From NCBI GenBank assembly GCA_015063745.1, contig SVTO01000004.1, positions 6,622 to 70,621 on the forward strand: 64,000 nt of DNA, given 5' to 3'. Below the pieces are notes generated by a model. That model was not told where the DNA came from. It was given only the letters and a program-made list of their open reading frames with translations, and searched no databases. A program made the translations under genes and the position numbers. The stretch is from Oscillospiraceae bacterium (lineage in GTDB: Bacteria; Bacillota; Clostridia; Oscillospirales; CAG-272). Shown piece after piece: positions 7,517 to 16,086 of this stretch (position 1 is its first letter; each line of letters begins with the position of its first letter).

Positions 7517-10500
7517 ATGAATACAAAGGATGTTTACCGCTTCATACCCACGGGCAAAGGGGTGCGTCTGGTGTCCGATACGCTGACGGATGAAAATCGT
7601 GACAAAATCTGCGCCCTGTACCCCGATGCGGACAGAAAAAACGTATACAGAGAAGAAGATATGCCCTTGCTGGACCGCTCTCCCTTCCGTCCGGTGGTAT
7701 GTGCATGGACCGTGCCGCGGTATACAATAGATATGCACTCCGCCCTCGGTATGGCAGGCTACGGTCGGTTTGCCATAGTGAAGAACGGACAGGCCTTCTG
7801 GCTGGACGAATTCAACCATGTCGAAACCGAGTACGATGGCGGGGAAGTCCGCTATGTCCTGCGGGATGAACAGGTTACGGCGGGACGGATCGGCGTAACA
7901 TTCGTGGCATCCAAGGGGCTGACGGGTCTGATGATCCGGATCGACTGCACCGAAGCGGATCAGGATCTGAAGATCTGTTATCTCCACGGCGGCCTTCTGT
8001 CCTGGAATACCCACTCCCCCCTGAATCTGCCCTATACGCCGGATCTGTGTTTTGAAAATGCGGTATCCGTCTGCGGAGACTGGGCGGAAATCTGCCCTGA
8101 AGATACCGCCGGCTCCTTTACATATCCCGGACTGACGAAAATCGATTCCTCCAAAACCCGTATGTCCGGCAACTGCGGCTGGGTGAAGGTGCCCGGCTTC
8201 AAGCGTAAGCTGATCGTCAGCGCACCGGGACGGAAAATGTTCATCGCTCCGCCCGATTCTCTGCTGAACTTCACGGAAGACAAGCTCTGCACGGCGGAAA
8301 GTGCCAACGGTGGTGTGGCCTGTGCCCTCATGGAAGGCGGAGATGTATATTATGCCCTTGTCGGCTGCGGTGAAAAGGTAAAATGCACCGATCCGGAAAA
8401 GCTGTTTGCCTCTCTCCGGGCGGAAAACGACAAGATCGCCGACCGCCTGCAGGTACATTCGGGAGATCCCGTATTCGACGGTGCCGTACGGGCGGGTGCC
8501 TTCCACACCAACGGTATGTTTGCCGACAATGTATACGTCCACGGCAACCTGTCCTGGCGTGACGGATATGTGGGCTGGCGGAATGCCTACGGTCCTCTGG
8601 CCTACGGGATGTACGACCAGACATATACTCATCTGGATACACACTTTACCAAAACTCTGTTTGCGGAAGGTCCGGATGTAGGTGCATTCAATTCCACGCT
8701 GGAAGGTTCCAATAAAAAAAGGTCCGGCTGGGTATTCTACGGTATGCACCAGACCTTCATCGATCAGGCGAAGCGGTACTGGGAATATACCGGCGACAAA
8801 GCCTATGCCGAAAGACTGCTGCCCATCGTGGAGGGCTGTATCGACAGGGAAAACCGCCGCATCAAGCCCGGCGAGGAAATGCTGTACGAAAACTCCCTGA
8901 ACACATGGATCAGCGACAGCCATTGGACCCGTTTCGGGCAGTGTACACAGGCGTCCGCCTATCTGTACAATATGCATATGCTGGCCGCGGATCTGGCCGA
9001 GGATGCGGAAAAAAAGTCCTTCTACAGTGAAAAAGCAGCACAGATCAAGGCGGATATGCACCGGGTTCTGTGGCAGAAGCGCAAGGGCGTGTTCGGCTAT
9101 GCACAGGATCTGCTGGTGAATAAGCTGTTCCACGGCGAACCGGAGCTGGCGGATATCTACCACTCCACCGAATTCGGTATATGCGACCCCATCGAGGTCT
9201 ATCAGATGCTGGACTGGGTGGAAGGCAACCTGCGTGCTTCCGTAACCCCCAACGGCGGCAGAGTGTACTGGAACTCCAACTGGTTCCCGAACAGCGGCCG
9301 TACCTATACCCATTCCACCTACGAACTGAACCCCGGCGAAGAATTGAACCTGTCCCTTGCCTACCAGCAGATCGGTCTGTCGGAGCAGGGATATGAGATT
9401 TTCAAATCTATCTACATGGCCATGTACGGCGGAGAACCCGGTGACACCTACGACTGTGATGTGGAATTGTTCATGGCACAGGGAAGATTGCCGCTGCACT
9501 GTGATGACGGCGTTCTGGATCTGCCCTGCCATATAACGAACACCGGTGCCCCCCGCCGCAATCCCTATTTTGCGGATACCATCGGTATGTTCGGCAGAGC
9601 ACTGTACGAAGGTGTTCTGGGTATACGACCCATGCTGCATAAGGGCGAGGTATGGCTGACCCCCGGCCTGCCGGCAGAACTGCCCACCGTGGATGTACGT
9701 TCCGCCGCGCTGGATTATTCCTACACCGGAACCGCCGGAAAGACCCGTATCGGCTATCACATGAAGCATCCCAGCTGCACGCTGTGCGTAAAGTTGCACC
9801 TGCCCGTATCATCTGTACAGGAAGTGACCGTCAACGGCAAGCCGTCGGAATATACAATTGCTCCCGCATTCCACAGCATCGATTTGCAGTTGTCTGTACC
9901 GGATGCCTGTGACGGAGAGATCTGCGTGACCTATACGGCGGCGGATATTCTGCCCATGGAAGCAAGACGGGAAATCCGCCCGGGTGAAAAGCTTGTCCTG
10001 CAGTATCCGTGCGAAACCGTGACGGAAGTGCTGGATCCCCAGGGTCTGCTGACCGATATATCTGTGGAGGGCGATTCCTTCACGGCGGAAGTGACCGGAG
10101 AAGCGGGAAGCGGCGTATTCTTCCTGCGGATGCTGGCGAATGGTACGGAATATATCCGCCCCGTCAAGATCCGGATTCCGACAGAGGAAAAGCAGAACAT
10201 TTTCCGCAGCTTCAGAGAAGAATTTTCTGCACCGTACCTGTGGAAAACGGTGGATATCGACAGCGTGTGCAACGCATCCTCTCCGGCGGAAGTGGTAAAG
10301 ATGGCCCACGAAAACGCCATCGGCCTGCCGGGTGAATACAATTATGTCAATACCGTATACTACTGGATGCATCCGGTGGACCGGCTGGACGATCATCCTC
10401 TGCATGAGTTCTCCGACCGCCGCTGGAAGAGCATGATCGACGAAAACGGAATCGTCATGACCGGTGAGGAAATCCCCTTCCGGGCGAAAAAGGACGGCAA

Positions 10501-10951
10501 TTATCTGGCGGCAGTCACAACGCTGTCCAAGATCTTTTCAGACAGAGTGACCACGGAAATCGGCGACAGCGGCAGGGCGGCCTACGTACTGATTACAGGT
10601 ACCACCTTCCCGATGCAGTCCCATGTGGAGAATCTGCGGATCACCTTCACCTATGAGGACGGTGTGACAGAAGAGCACCCGCTGGTGAACCCCTATGATA
10701 TCGGGGATATGTGGCTGCAGTTCTGGCGGCGGTACCACGATACTCCGGCGTCCGGCTTTGAAAACCTCAGCGGTAAGACGGGGGCCATGTCCTCGGCAGG
10801 TCTGGATCTGACCAAGCCCATTCCGACGGATACGGAAGCCCACATCCTGCGGTTCAGACTCAGAGAAGGCGTGAAAGTAACCCGGATGGAAATGCGGGCG
10901 GTTGCCAATGATGTGATCTTTGCGCTGATGGGTATTACGCTGCTGAAGTAA
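7517..10951 (+). CDS. Large cytoplasmic protein, probable glycoside hydrolase with (alpha/alpha)6-barrel-like core; family not assignable by eye
   Basis: ATG 7517 with GAAGGAG 6 nt upstream. 1144 aa and no signal peptide. The central helical-repeat region (YWEYTGDKAYAERLLPIVEGCIDRE...QCTQASAYLYNMHMLAADLAED) resembles six-hairpin glycosidases. It has its own promoter and terminator. Confidence 0.5.
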   Translation: MNTKDVYRFIPTGKGVRLVSDTLTDENRDKICALYPDADRKNVYREEDMPLLDRSPFRPVVCAWTVPRYTIDMHSALGMAGYGRFAIVKNGQAFWLDEFNHVETEYDGGEVRYVLRDEQVTAGRIGVTFVASKGLTGLMIRIDCTEADQDLKICYLHGGLLSWNTHSPLNLPYTPDLCFENAVSVCGDWAEICPEDTAGSFTYPGLTKIDSSKTRMSGNCGWVKVPGFKRKLIVSAPGRKMFIAPPDSLLNFTEDKLCTAESANGGVACALMEGGDVYYALVGCGEKVKCTDPEKLFASLRAENDKIADRLQVHSGDPVFDGAVRAGAFHTNGMFADNVYVHGNLSWRDGYVGWRNAYGPLAYGMYDQTYTHLDTHFTKTLFAEGPDVGAFNSTLEGSNKKRSGWVFYGMHQTFIDQAKRYWEYTGDKAYAERLLPIVEGCIDRENRRIKPGEEMLYENSLNTWISDSHWTRFGQCTQASAYLYNMHMLAADLAEDAEKKSFYSEKAAQIKADMHRVLWQKRKGVFGYAQDLLVNKLFHGEPELADIYHSTEFGICDPIEVYQMLDWVEGNLRASVTPNGGRVYWNSNWFPNSGRTYTHSTYELNPGEELNLSLAYQQIGLSEQGYEIFKSIYMAMYGGEPGDTYDCDVELFMAQGRLPLHCDDGVLDLPCHITNTGAPRRNPYFADTIGMFGRALYEGVLGIRPMLHKGEVWLTPGLPAELPTVDVRSAALDYSYTGTAGKTRIGYHMKHPSCTLCVKLHLPVSSVQEVTVNGKPSEYTIAPAFHSIDLQLSVPDACDGEICVTYTAADILPMEARREIRPGEKLVLQYPCETVTEVLDPQGLLTDISVEGDSFTAEVTGEAGSGVFFLRMLANGTEYIRPVKIRIPTEEKQNIFRSFREEFSAPYLWKTVDIDSVCNASSPAEVVKMAHENAIGLPGEYNYVNTVYYWMHPVDRLDDHPLHEFSDRRWKSMIDENGIVMTGEEIPFRAKKDGNYLAAVTTLSKIFSDRVTTEIGDSGRAAYVLITGTTFPMQSHVENLRITFTYEDGVTEEHPLVNPYDIGDMWLQFWRRYHDTPASGFENLSGKTGAMSSAGLDLTKPIPTDTEAHILRFRLREGVKVTRMEMRAVANDVIFALMGITLLK

Positions 10952-10963
10952 TACATGATACAT

Positions 10964-11013
10964 AAAAAGATGGGAATTCTTTCCGTGAAAAGGGAAGACT
11001 CCCATCTTTTTTT
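10964..11013 (+). terminator. Intrinsic terminator of the 1144-aa gene
   Basis: AAAAAGATGGGAATTCTTTCC gtgaaaa GGGAAGACTCCCATC followed by TTTTTTT. Confidence 0.8.
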
Positions 11014-11075
11014 CCGTTTCAGGGAACAAGCGGCAGTCGGAGAACGTCCAATACATACAAATCCCCGAAAGGAGT

Positions 11076-11471
11076 ATGGCCGTGCGGAAAGTCCTCTATT
11101 ATCTCTCCCCCTTCTTCCTTACCCCCATTGTAATGCTTTCCGGCATCCTCATCGCCGAAATCCCGGTGATCAAAGCATATATGTTCTATATCATGGGCTT
11201 CATGCTCTGCGTATATGCGGCAGTCCTTGCCCGGTTCAGTACCAGTCCCCGGACCTATGATGTACTGCTGGCCGCCCTTATGTTTCTGTCCGGTTTATTT
11301 ACCATGTTCACCGCAGGCTTCTTTGATCAGACGGAAACGGTGTCCCGCTTTGATCTGCGCCATGCCGTCCGCGTCGCTTTGCAGCTGCCGGGATGGATCT
11401 TGTATTTCCTCATGTCCATATCCGCCTTTGCCGCTTCCCGGAAAAAATGGAGAATTCAGAAAAGGAGATAA
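11076..11471 (+). CDS. Small 4-TM membrane protein, unknown family
   Basis: Four hydrophobic segments. AAAGGAG at 11068-11074 is only 1 nt from ATG 11076 but 7 nt from GTG 11082, so GTG 11082 may be the real start. The stop lies 3 nt before the serpin ATG. Confidence 0.6.
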   Translation: MAVRKVLYYLSPFFLTPIVMLSGILIAEIPVIKAYMFYIMGFMLCVYAAVLARFSTSPRTYDVLLAALMFLSGLFTMFTAGFFDQTETVSRFDLRHAVRVALQLPGWILYFLMSISAFAASRKKWRIQKRR

Positions 11472-11474
11472 ATC

Positions 11475-12752
11475 ATGAAACGTATCCTTTCTCTCATACT
11501 CACCCTCGTTCTTACCCTGTCCGCCTTTGTTTCCTGTGCCCCCGCAGAACCGGAAAACAACGGACAGAACGACCTGATGCAGAACATTTCCTCTACCCCT
11601 GTCGCTTCCCCCGATCCGTACGAATGTATTCTTCTTCTCCGGGAGAACAGCACATCCGTCAACGATTTTGCCCTGCGCTTGTTCCGTGCCGGGATGGAGG
11701 AAGGGAAGAATACGCTGATCTCCCCCCTGTCCGTACTGGCGGCCCTGTCCATGACGGCCAACGGCGCTGCGGAAAATACCCTCGCGGAAATGGAAGCGGT
11801 ACTGGGTATGCCCGCAGATGAACTGAACAACTGGTTCCGTGCCTATACGGGCAGCCTGCCTGAATCGGATGTTTGCAAGCTGAGCCTCGCCAATTCCATC
11901 TGGTTCCGGGACGATCCTTCCTTTGCCGTGAAAGAAGATTTTCTCCGTACCAACGCCGATTATTACAACGCCGGTATCCATAAAGCACCCTTTGACGAAA
12001 CCACCCGGGATGAGATCAACAAATGGGTGGAAGACAATACGGACGGTATGATCCGGGATATTCTCGACAAAATACCGAATGATGTGGTCATGTATCTGAT
12101 CAACGCTCTTGCTTTTGATGCGGAATGGGCGGGGACATACACGGAAAATCGGATCCGTGACGGCGTATTTACCACCGAAGACGGCGTGCAGCAGGATGTG
12201 GAAATGATGTATTCCGAAGAAAACCGGTATCTGGAAGACGAGCATGCTGCCGGATTTATCAAGTACTATAAAGGCGGTCGGTATGCCTTTGCCGCACTGC
12301 TTCCGGAAGAAGGCATGCGCATCACGGAATATGCCGCCGGACTGACGGGAGAGCACCTGACGAAAATGCTGGAAGATGCACAGATCACCACAGTAAACAC
12401 CGCCATCCCGAAATTCGAGACGGAATACAGCATCCTTCTGAACAATACCCTGCAGACAATGGGTATGACGGATGCATTTGACCCGTCGGCGGCGGATTTT
12501 TCCGGCATCGGCCAGACGGCGAACGATACCCTGTTCATCAGCCGGGTGCTTCACAAGACATACATCAATGTGGACAGCAAGGGTACAAAAGCGGGTGCGG
12601 CAACGGTAGTGGAGATGAGTACGGAATGTGCAGTGGAACCGGTCACGGAGCCGAAGCAGGTGTACTTAGACAGACCCTTTGTATATATGCTGATCGACTG
12701 CGAAACCAATATGCCCTTCTTCATCGGAACGATGATGGATCCGAAAGCGTGA
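11475..12752 (+). CDS. Serpin (serine protease inhibitor), predicted lipoprotein
   Basis: AAAGGAG 7 nt before the ATG. Signal peptide with lipobox-like SAFVSC. Serpin blocks NTLISPLSVLAALSMTANGAAENT, INKWVEDNTDGMIRDIL, NALAFDAEWAGTY, hinge/RCL SKGTKAGAATVVEMSTECAVEP and DRPFVYMLID. Confidence 0.9.
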   Translation: MKRILSLILTLVLTLSAFVSCAPAEPENNGQNDLMQNISSTPVASPDPYECILLLRENSTSVNDFALRLFRAGMEEGKNTLISPLSVLAALSMTANGAAENTLAEMEAVLGMPADELNNWFRAYTGSLPESDVCKLSLANSIWFRDDPSFAVKEDFLRTNADYYNAGIHKAPFDETTRDEINKWVEDNTDGMIRDILDKIPNDVVMYLINALAFDAEWAGTYTENRIRDGVFTTEDGVQQDVEMMYSEENRYLEDEHAAGFIKYYKGGRYAFAALLPEEGMRITEYAAGLTGEHLTKMLEDAQITTVNTAIPKFETEYSILLNNTLQTMGMTDAFDPSAADFSGIGQTANDTLFISRVLHKTYINVDSKGTKAGAATVVEMSTECAVEPVTEPKQVYLDRPFVYMLIDCETNMPFFIGTMMDPKA

Positions 12753-12774
12753 AGAACGGCTCATGCATAAAAAT

Positions 12775-12808
12775 AACCCCGATGGGATTTTCATCCTGTC
12801 GGGGTTTT
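12775..12808. terminator. Bidirectional intrinsic terminator between serpin and phosphatase genes
   Basis: AACCCCGA...TCGGGGTT stem with T-runs on both strands. Confidence 0.8.
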
Positions 12809-12821
12809 ATCATATCGGAAA

Positions 12822-13856
12822 TTATCCGTCTTTTTCTACAAGATTATCATAAATTGCCTGAATCTGTCCGTCCGTCAGATCCGTGTGGGTCTTCAGGAAC
12901 GCAACACACTTTTCATGCATACCGTCTCCCGGAAGGGCAAGGAACATATCCAGGAATTTCCGGAATTCCGTATAGTTTCTGGAACGGATGCCCCAGATGG
13001 AGAGGCTGGTAAATTCGTAATCGTCGATCAGATCTTCAAGCCGCATGCCCAGAAGAGCACCGATCAGGAAAGCAAAGGTTCCCGCACGGTCCGCACCGCC
13101 CCAGCAGTGGAAGTAAACCGGGTAATTCGTCGGATCGACGAGTACGCGGAAGGAATTCTCAATCGCGGGCTTTTCTTCAGGCAGGAATACTTCCGTATAG
13201 GGAATCCCCGGTATATACGCACGTTTTACGCCGATCAGCTGGGGGGTTGTGAAATCCACATTGTGTCTGGCCTCGCCGCGCATATCGATTTCGGTACGCA
13301 GTCCCAGCCGGACAAGCTCCGTCATACTTTCTTCGGTCAGATGCATATGCAGCTCAAACTCACCGCCGCGATATGCCAGACCCTGACGGATCCGACCGCC
13401 CTCGACCTTCCAGCCGCCCATGTCCCGGACATTGGAAATACCGGCCAGACGGATACAGCGGGGCAGGGTCATTTCGGTACGGAAGGAAGCGATCTCACTC
13501 CGTTTTCCGTTGCGCTGCACACACCAGAAATATTTTGTACCGACCTTGAGATTGTATACTTCACAGGCGGGTACGGCGGCGGCATAGAGAAGGGCATCGC
13601 TCAGATCGGCATTTTCGGACACGAGCAGCCAGTAGCGTTCATCCCCCTGGGGCTCCTTGCCGTCGGAATCCTGCCAGCGGAAGGATACGGGCAGGGGCAG
13701 GGAACGGTCGTCGCCGCCTTTCTGCAGATCGTACCACGCAAAGGTAAAGGATCCGTCCATTTCGGCTCTCTTGGGCTCATCTGCAAAAAATCCCTTCTGT
13801 TCTTCCGTCTGCAGGCAGACAACTGCATTCTGTACGGGGGAAATCAATTCGATCAT
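12822..13856 (-). CDS. Protein-tyrosine-phosphatase-like enzyme (CX5R) with N-terminal beta-sandwich domain
   Basis: Active-site loop FHCWGGADRAGT (HCX5R). About 130-aa N-terminal Fn3-like region. No signal peptide. Confidence 0.8.
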   Translation of the reverse strand: MIELISPVQNAVVCLQTEEQKGFFADEPKRAEMDGSFTFAWYDLQKGGDDRSLPLPVSFRWQDSDGKEPQGDERYWLLVSENADLSDALLYAAAVPACEVYNLKVGTKYFWCVQRNGKRSEIASFRTEMTLPRCIRLAGISNVRDMGGWKVEGGRIRQGLAYRGGEFELHMHLTEESMTELVRLGLRTEIDMRGEARHNVDFTTPQLIGVKRAYIPGIPYTEVFLPEEKPAIENSFRVLVDPTNYPVYFHCWGGADRAGTFAFLIGALLGMRLEDLIDDYEFTSLSIWGIRSRNYTEFRKFLDMFLALPGDGMHEKCVAFLKTHTDLTDGQIQAIYDNLVEKDG

Positions 13857-13906
13857 GATTACTTACCTCTTTTTCTGGAAAAATGGAAATGGATTCCGGT
13901 GAGATA

Positions 13907-13935
13907 AGTATAGCACAAAATGCGGATGTTTGCAA
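13907..13935 (-). promoter_or_regulatory. Sigma-A-type promoter of the phosphatase gene
   Basis: Minus strand TTGCAA (13930-13935) - 17 nt - TGcTATACT (-10 at 13907-13912), about 50 nt upstream of ATG 13856. Confidence 0.7.
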
Positions 13936-13963
13936 TCGGAGAGGGAGATTTGATGGGGAAAAG

Positions 13964-14650
13964 TTATTCGAAATGATCCGGATCGCAGGCAAATTTGTCG
14001 TGGGTCTCGCAGTAATCCCCGGCGGCTGCGGGATCGTGGGGTTTGTTAGGACGGTCTTCTGTATCTGTTTCGATTTGCAGGAACTTCACAAGGGTGCAGT
14101 AGTTATCATTCCGGCAGTTGTCGGGGCAGGACGAATGATAATATCTTTCAATATGATGTTCTTCCGTTACTCCGGTTCTCAGCCATTCACAGTTTTCGCA
14201 GTAGAAACCGTCTTTGCAGAGTGTTTGCACAGTATGACAGCTTTCCGGATGATCCGGCAGCAGACAGATACCGTAGTAACCGTCCATAACAAGAACACCG
14301 CTGCAGAAAGATGTCAGCGCCGTACCGCAAAACGGACAGGATGCCGTGTCATATTCCCGTACGGAACCACCGCAGTATTGGCAGCTTTCCTGCAACTCAG
14401 TACTGCAGTACCAGTTGGTACATTGGTCACAAATATACGCCATTCTCTGCCTGAGCAGACCACCGCATTCCGTACAATCCGACAGAAGATGTTCTCTGCA
14501 CACATCCGCCGCAGAAAGTGCATCCGTAATCGGCTCGGCCGGTGGCTGCGGGAATAACTCCAGGGCATATACCACACCGCAGGACAGAACAACCGCCGCC
14601 GCAATCAGCCCGATAATCAGTGTTTTTTTGTGATTCAGAATTTGTTTCAT
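13964..14650 (-). CDS. Signal-anchored, extremely Cys-rich protein (multiple CxxC pairs), unknown family
   Basis: ATG 14650 with AAGGAG 7 nt upstream. N-terminus MKQILNHKKTLIIGLIAAAVVLSCGVVYAL. I count 21 Cys after the TM, including CTEC, CDQC, CQYC, CPFC and CENC. Last gene of the sigma/DUF4367 operon. Confidence 0.75.
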   Translation of the reverse strand: MKQILNHKKTLIIGLIAAAVVLSCGVVYALELFPQPPAEPITDALSAADVCREHLLSDCTECGGLLRQRMAYICDQCTNWYCSTELQESCQYCGGSVREYDTASCPFCGTALTSFCSGVLVMDGYYGICLLPDHPESCHTVQTLCKDGFYCENCEWLRTGVTEEHHIERYYHSSCPDNCRNDNYCTLVKFLQIETDTEDRPNKPHDPAAAGDYCETHDKFACDPDHFE

Positions 14651-14678
14651 ATGGGTTCTCCTTTCCTTGTTTGCCGCC

Positions 14679-15359
14679 TTACTGTATGTTTTCCGCTATA
14701 CGGATCAGCTCTTCTCTGTCCGCATACCCGTGAATACTGTAGGTATATCCATGCTCAGACCAGGTCAGAATCGTCGGATACCGGTTCGTGCCGACCAGAA
14801 GAACCCCGCGTATGCCGTCTATCTCCACATTTTCTATGGCGTGATTGAGATTATCGTACACCACTTCGCCCATACCGTCGGGATATCGCAGGAATTCCAG
14901 AAGCAGAGCACCTTTCCGGTAACACGCCGTATAATACCCGCCCGTATCGGTTTCCAGAATCCGTTCGTATCCTTCCGGCAGATAGACCGGTTTTTTCGGT
15001 ATGGCAGCTGTACCGTCCGTTTCAAACCGGATTCCCACATAATGGGTGTACAGAGATACGATCGCTTCCGTTACATTTTCGCGCAGAGGTCTGATAGCGG
15101 CACAGGCCGTCATACCCGCCACGATCACTGCCGCAAAACATACCGCCGCCCGTCTGCCCCATTTTGCCGCAGTCCTGCCGTACTGTACCGTGCGGTTCCG
15201 GCGGAACAGATACCGCAGACGCTTCCGGAAATGTCCGGAATAGGTATGCGGCACAGTATTGTATCGATCAAAAAGCGCCAGATCTTCTTCTACCAGAGGC
15301 TGAATAACCATCCGCATAGCAGCCGCTTCATAGGCAGAATCCATGTTATTCCGGATCAT
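14679..15359 (-). CDS. DUF4367-domain membrane protein (anti-sigma-associated)
   Basis: ATG 15359 (GGAGG 9 nt upstream) overlaps the sigma stop by 14 nt. Single TM AAVCFAAVIVAGMTACAAI. The C-terminal domain ending LTWSEHGYTYSIHGYADREELIRIAENIQ is typical of DUF4367. Confidence 0.75.
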   Translation of the reverse strand: MIRNNMDSAYEAAAMRMVIQPLVEEDLALFDRYNTVPHTYSGHFRKRLRYLFRRNRTVQYGRTAAKWGRRAAVCFAAVIVAGMTACAAIRPLRENVTEAIVSLYTHYVGIRFETDGTAAIPKKPVYLPEGYERILETDTGGYYTACYRKGALLLEFLRYPDGMGEVVYDNLNHAIENVEIDGIRGVLLVGTNRYPTILTWSEHGYTYSIHGYADREELIRIAENIQ

Positions 15360-15918
15360 TGTTCTTTTCCTCCAATACTTTCTTTTTCAATATCTGCTTC
15401 GCTCTGGCAATATGGGTGGCTACCGTGCTGACGGGAATGCCCAGCCGTTTGCCGATTTCCCCATTGCTCAGATTTTCCCGATACTTCAGAAGCAGAACAA
15501 TTTTGTATTTTTCCTTCAGGCCCGTCACGTGCTTCTGCAGAGAACCGAAATCATAATTGTCCAGAAATGCTGTAATACTCTCATCCGGAACTGCCAGCGC
15601 ATCCGGGTCCTCAAAGCAGTAATCGTCGATATTCCGGTGGGTATTCCGTTTGTTTTTCCGGTAAATGTCAATGGCCGCATTTTTGACAATGGAGGAGACT
15701 AACAGTTTGATCTCATTTTCTTCCAATTCTGAAAAGGATTCAATATTGGCACAGATATTTTCGGCAGCCTTCATGACAGCATCCTCCGCATCCGACGGGT
15801 GGTTTACAATCCGGAACGCGATCCAGTACATGGCATTCCGGTATTTTGCAAAGATTTCCGCCGCTGTAATACGCTGCCCGGCCGCAGGAGGCGTATCCGC
15901 GGGTATCATAAAAATCAT
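15346..15918 (-). CDS. Sigma-70 family (ECF-like) RNA polymerase sigma factor
   Basis: Region 2 (YRNAMYWIAFRIVNHPSDAEDAVMKAAENI) and region 4 HTH (LSNGEIGKRLGIPVSTVATHIARAKQILKK). The start is ambiguous between ATG 15918 and 15909. Confidence 0.85.
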   Translation of the reverse strand: MIFMIPADTPPAAGQRITAAEIFAKYRNAMYWIAFRIVNHPSDAEDAVMKAAENICANIESFSELEENEIKLLVSSIVKNAAIDIYRKNKRNTHRNIDDYCFEDPDALAVPDESITAFLDNYDFGSLQKHVTGLKEKYKIVLLLKYRENLSNGEIGKRLGIPVSTVATHIARAKQILKKKVLEEKNNDPE

Positions 15919-16024
15919 CAAATTCTTTTTCCCTTGCCGTTTTCCGATTGGCTTGTCCCTTCACTTATAATAACGAATCGGAGAACAAAAAAATCCCATT
16001 TTTTATAAAAAACGTATTTTCTCC

Positions 16025-16068
16025 GAAAACAGAAAACGCCCGGTCTGTCAGTCAAACGATCCGGGCGT
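16025..16068 (-). terminator. Intrinsic terminator after the phosphodiester glycosidase gene
   Basis: Minus strand ACGCCCGG...CCGGGCGT stem followed by TTTTCTGTTTTC. Confidence 0.7.
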
Positions 16069-16086
16069 CTTTTACTGTATAGAATT

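Noticed and set aside
7451-9799. 782-aa ORF on the minus strand, antisense to the 1144-aa gene
   Set aside because: Its codons are exactly in register with the sense codons (both frames are 2 mod 3). Antisense stops would therefore require the sense codons TTA, CTA or TCA, which this genome evidently avoids. The translation is Gly/Arg/His/Val/Gln-rich with no motif. The plus strand has the promoter, RBS and terminator.
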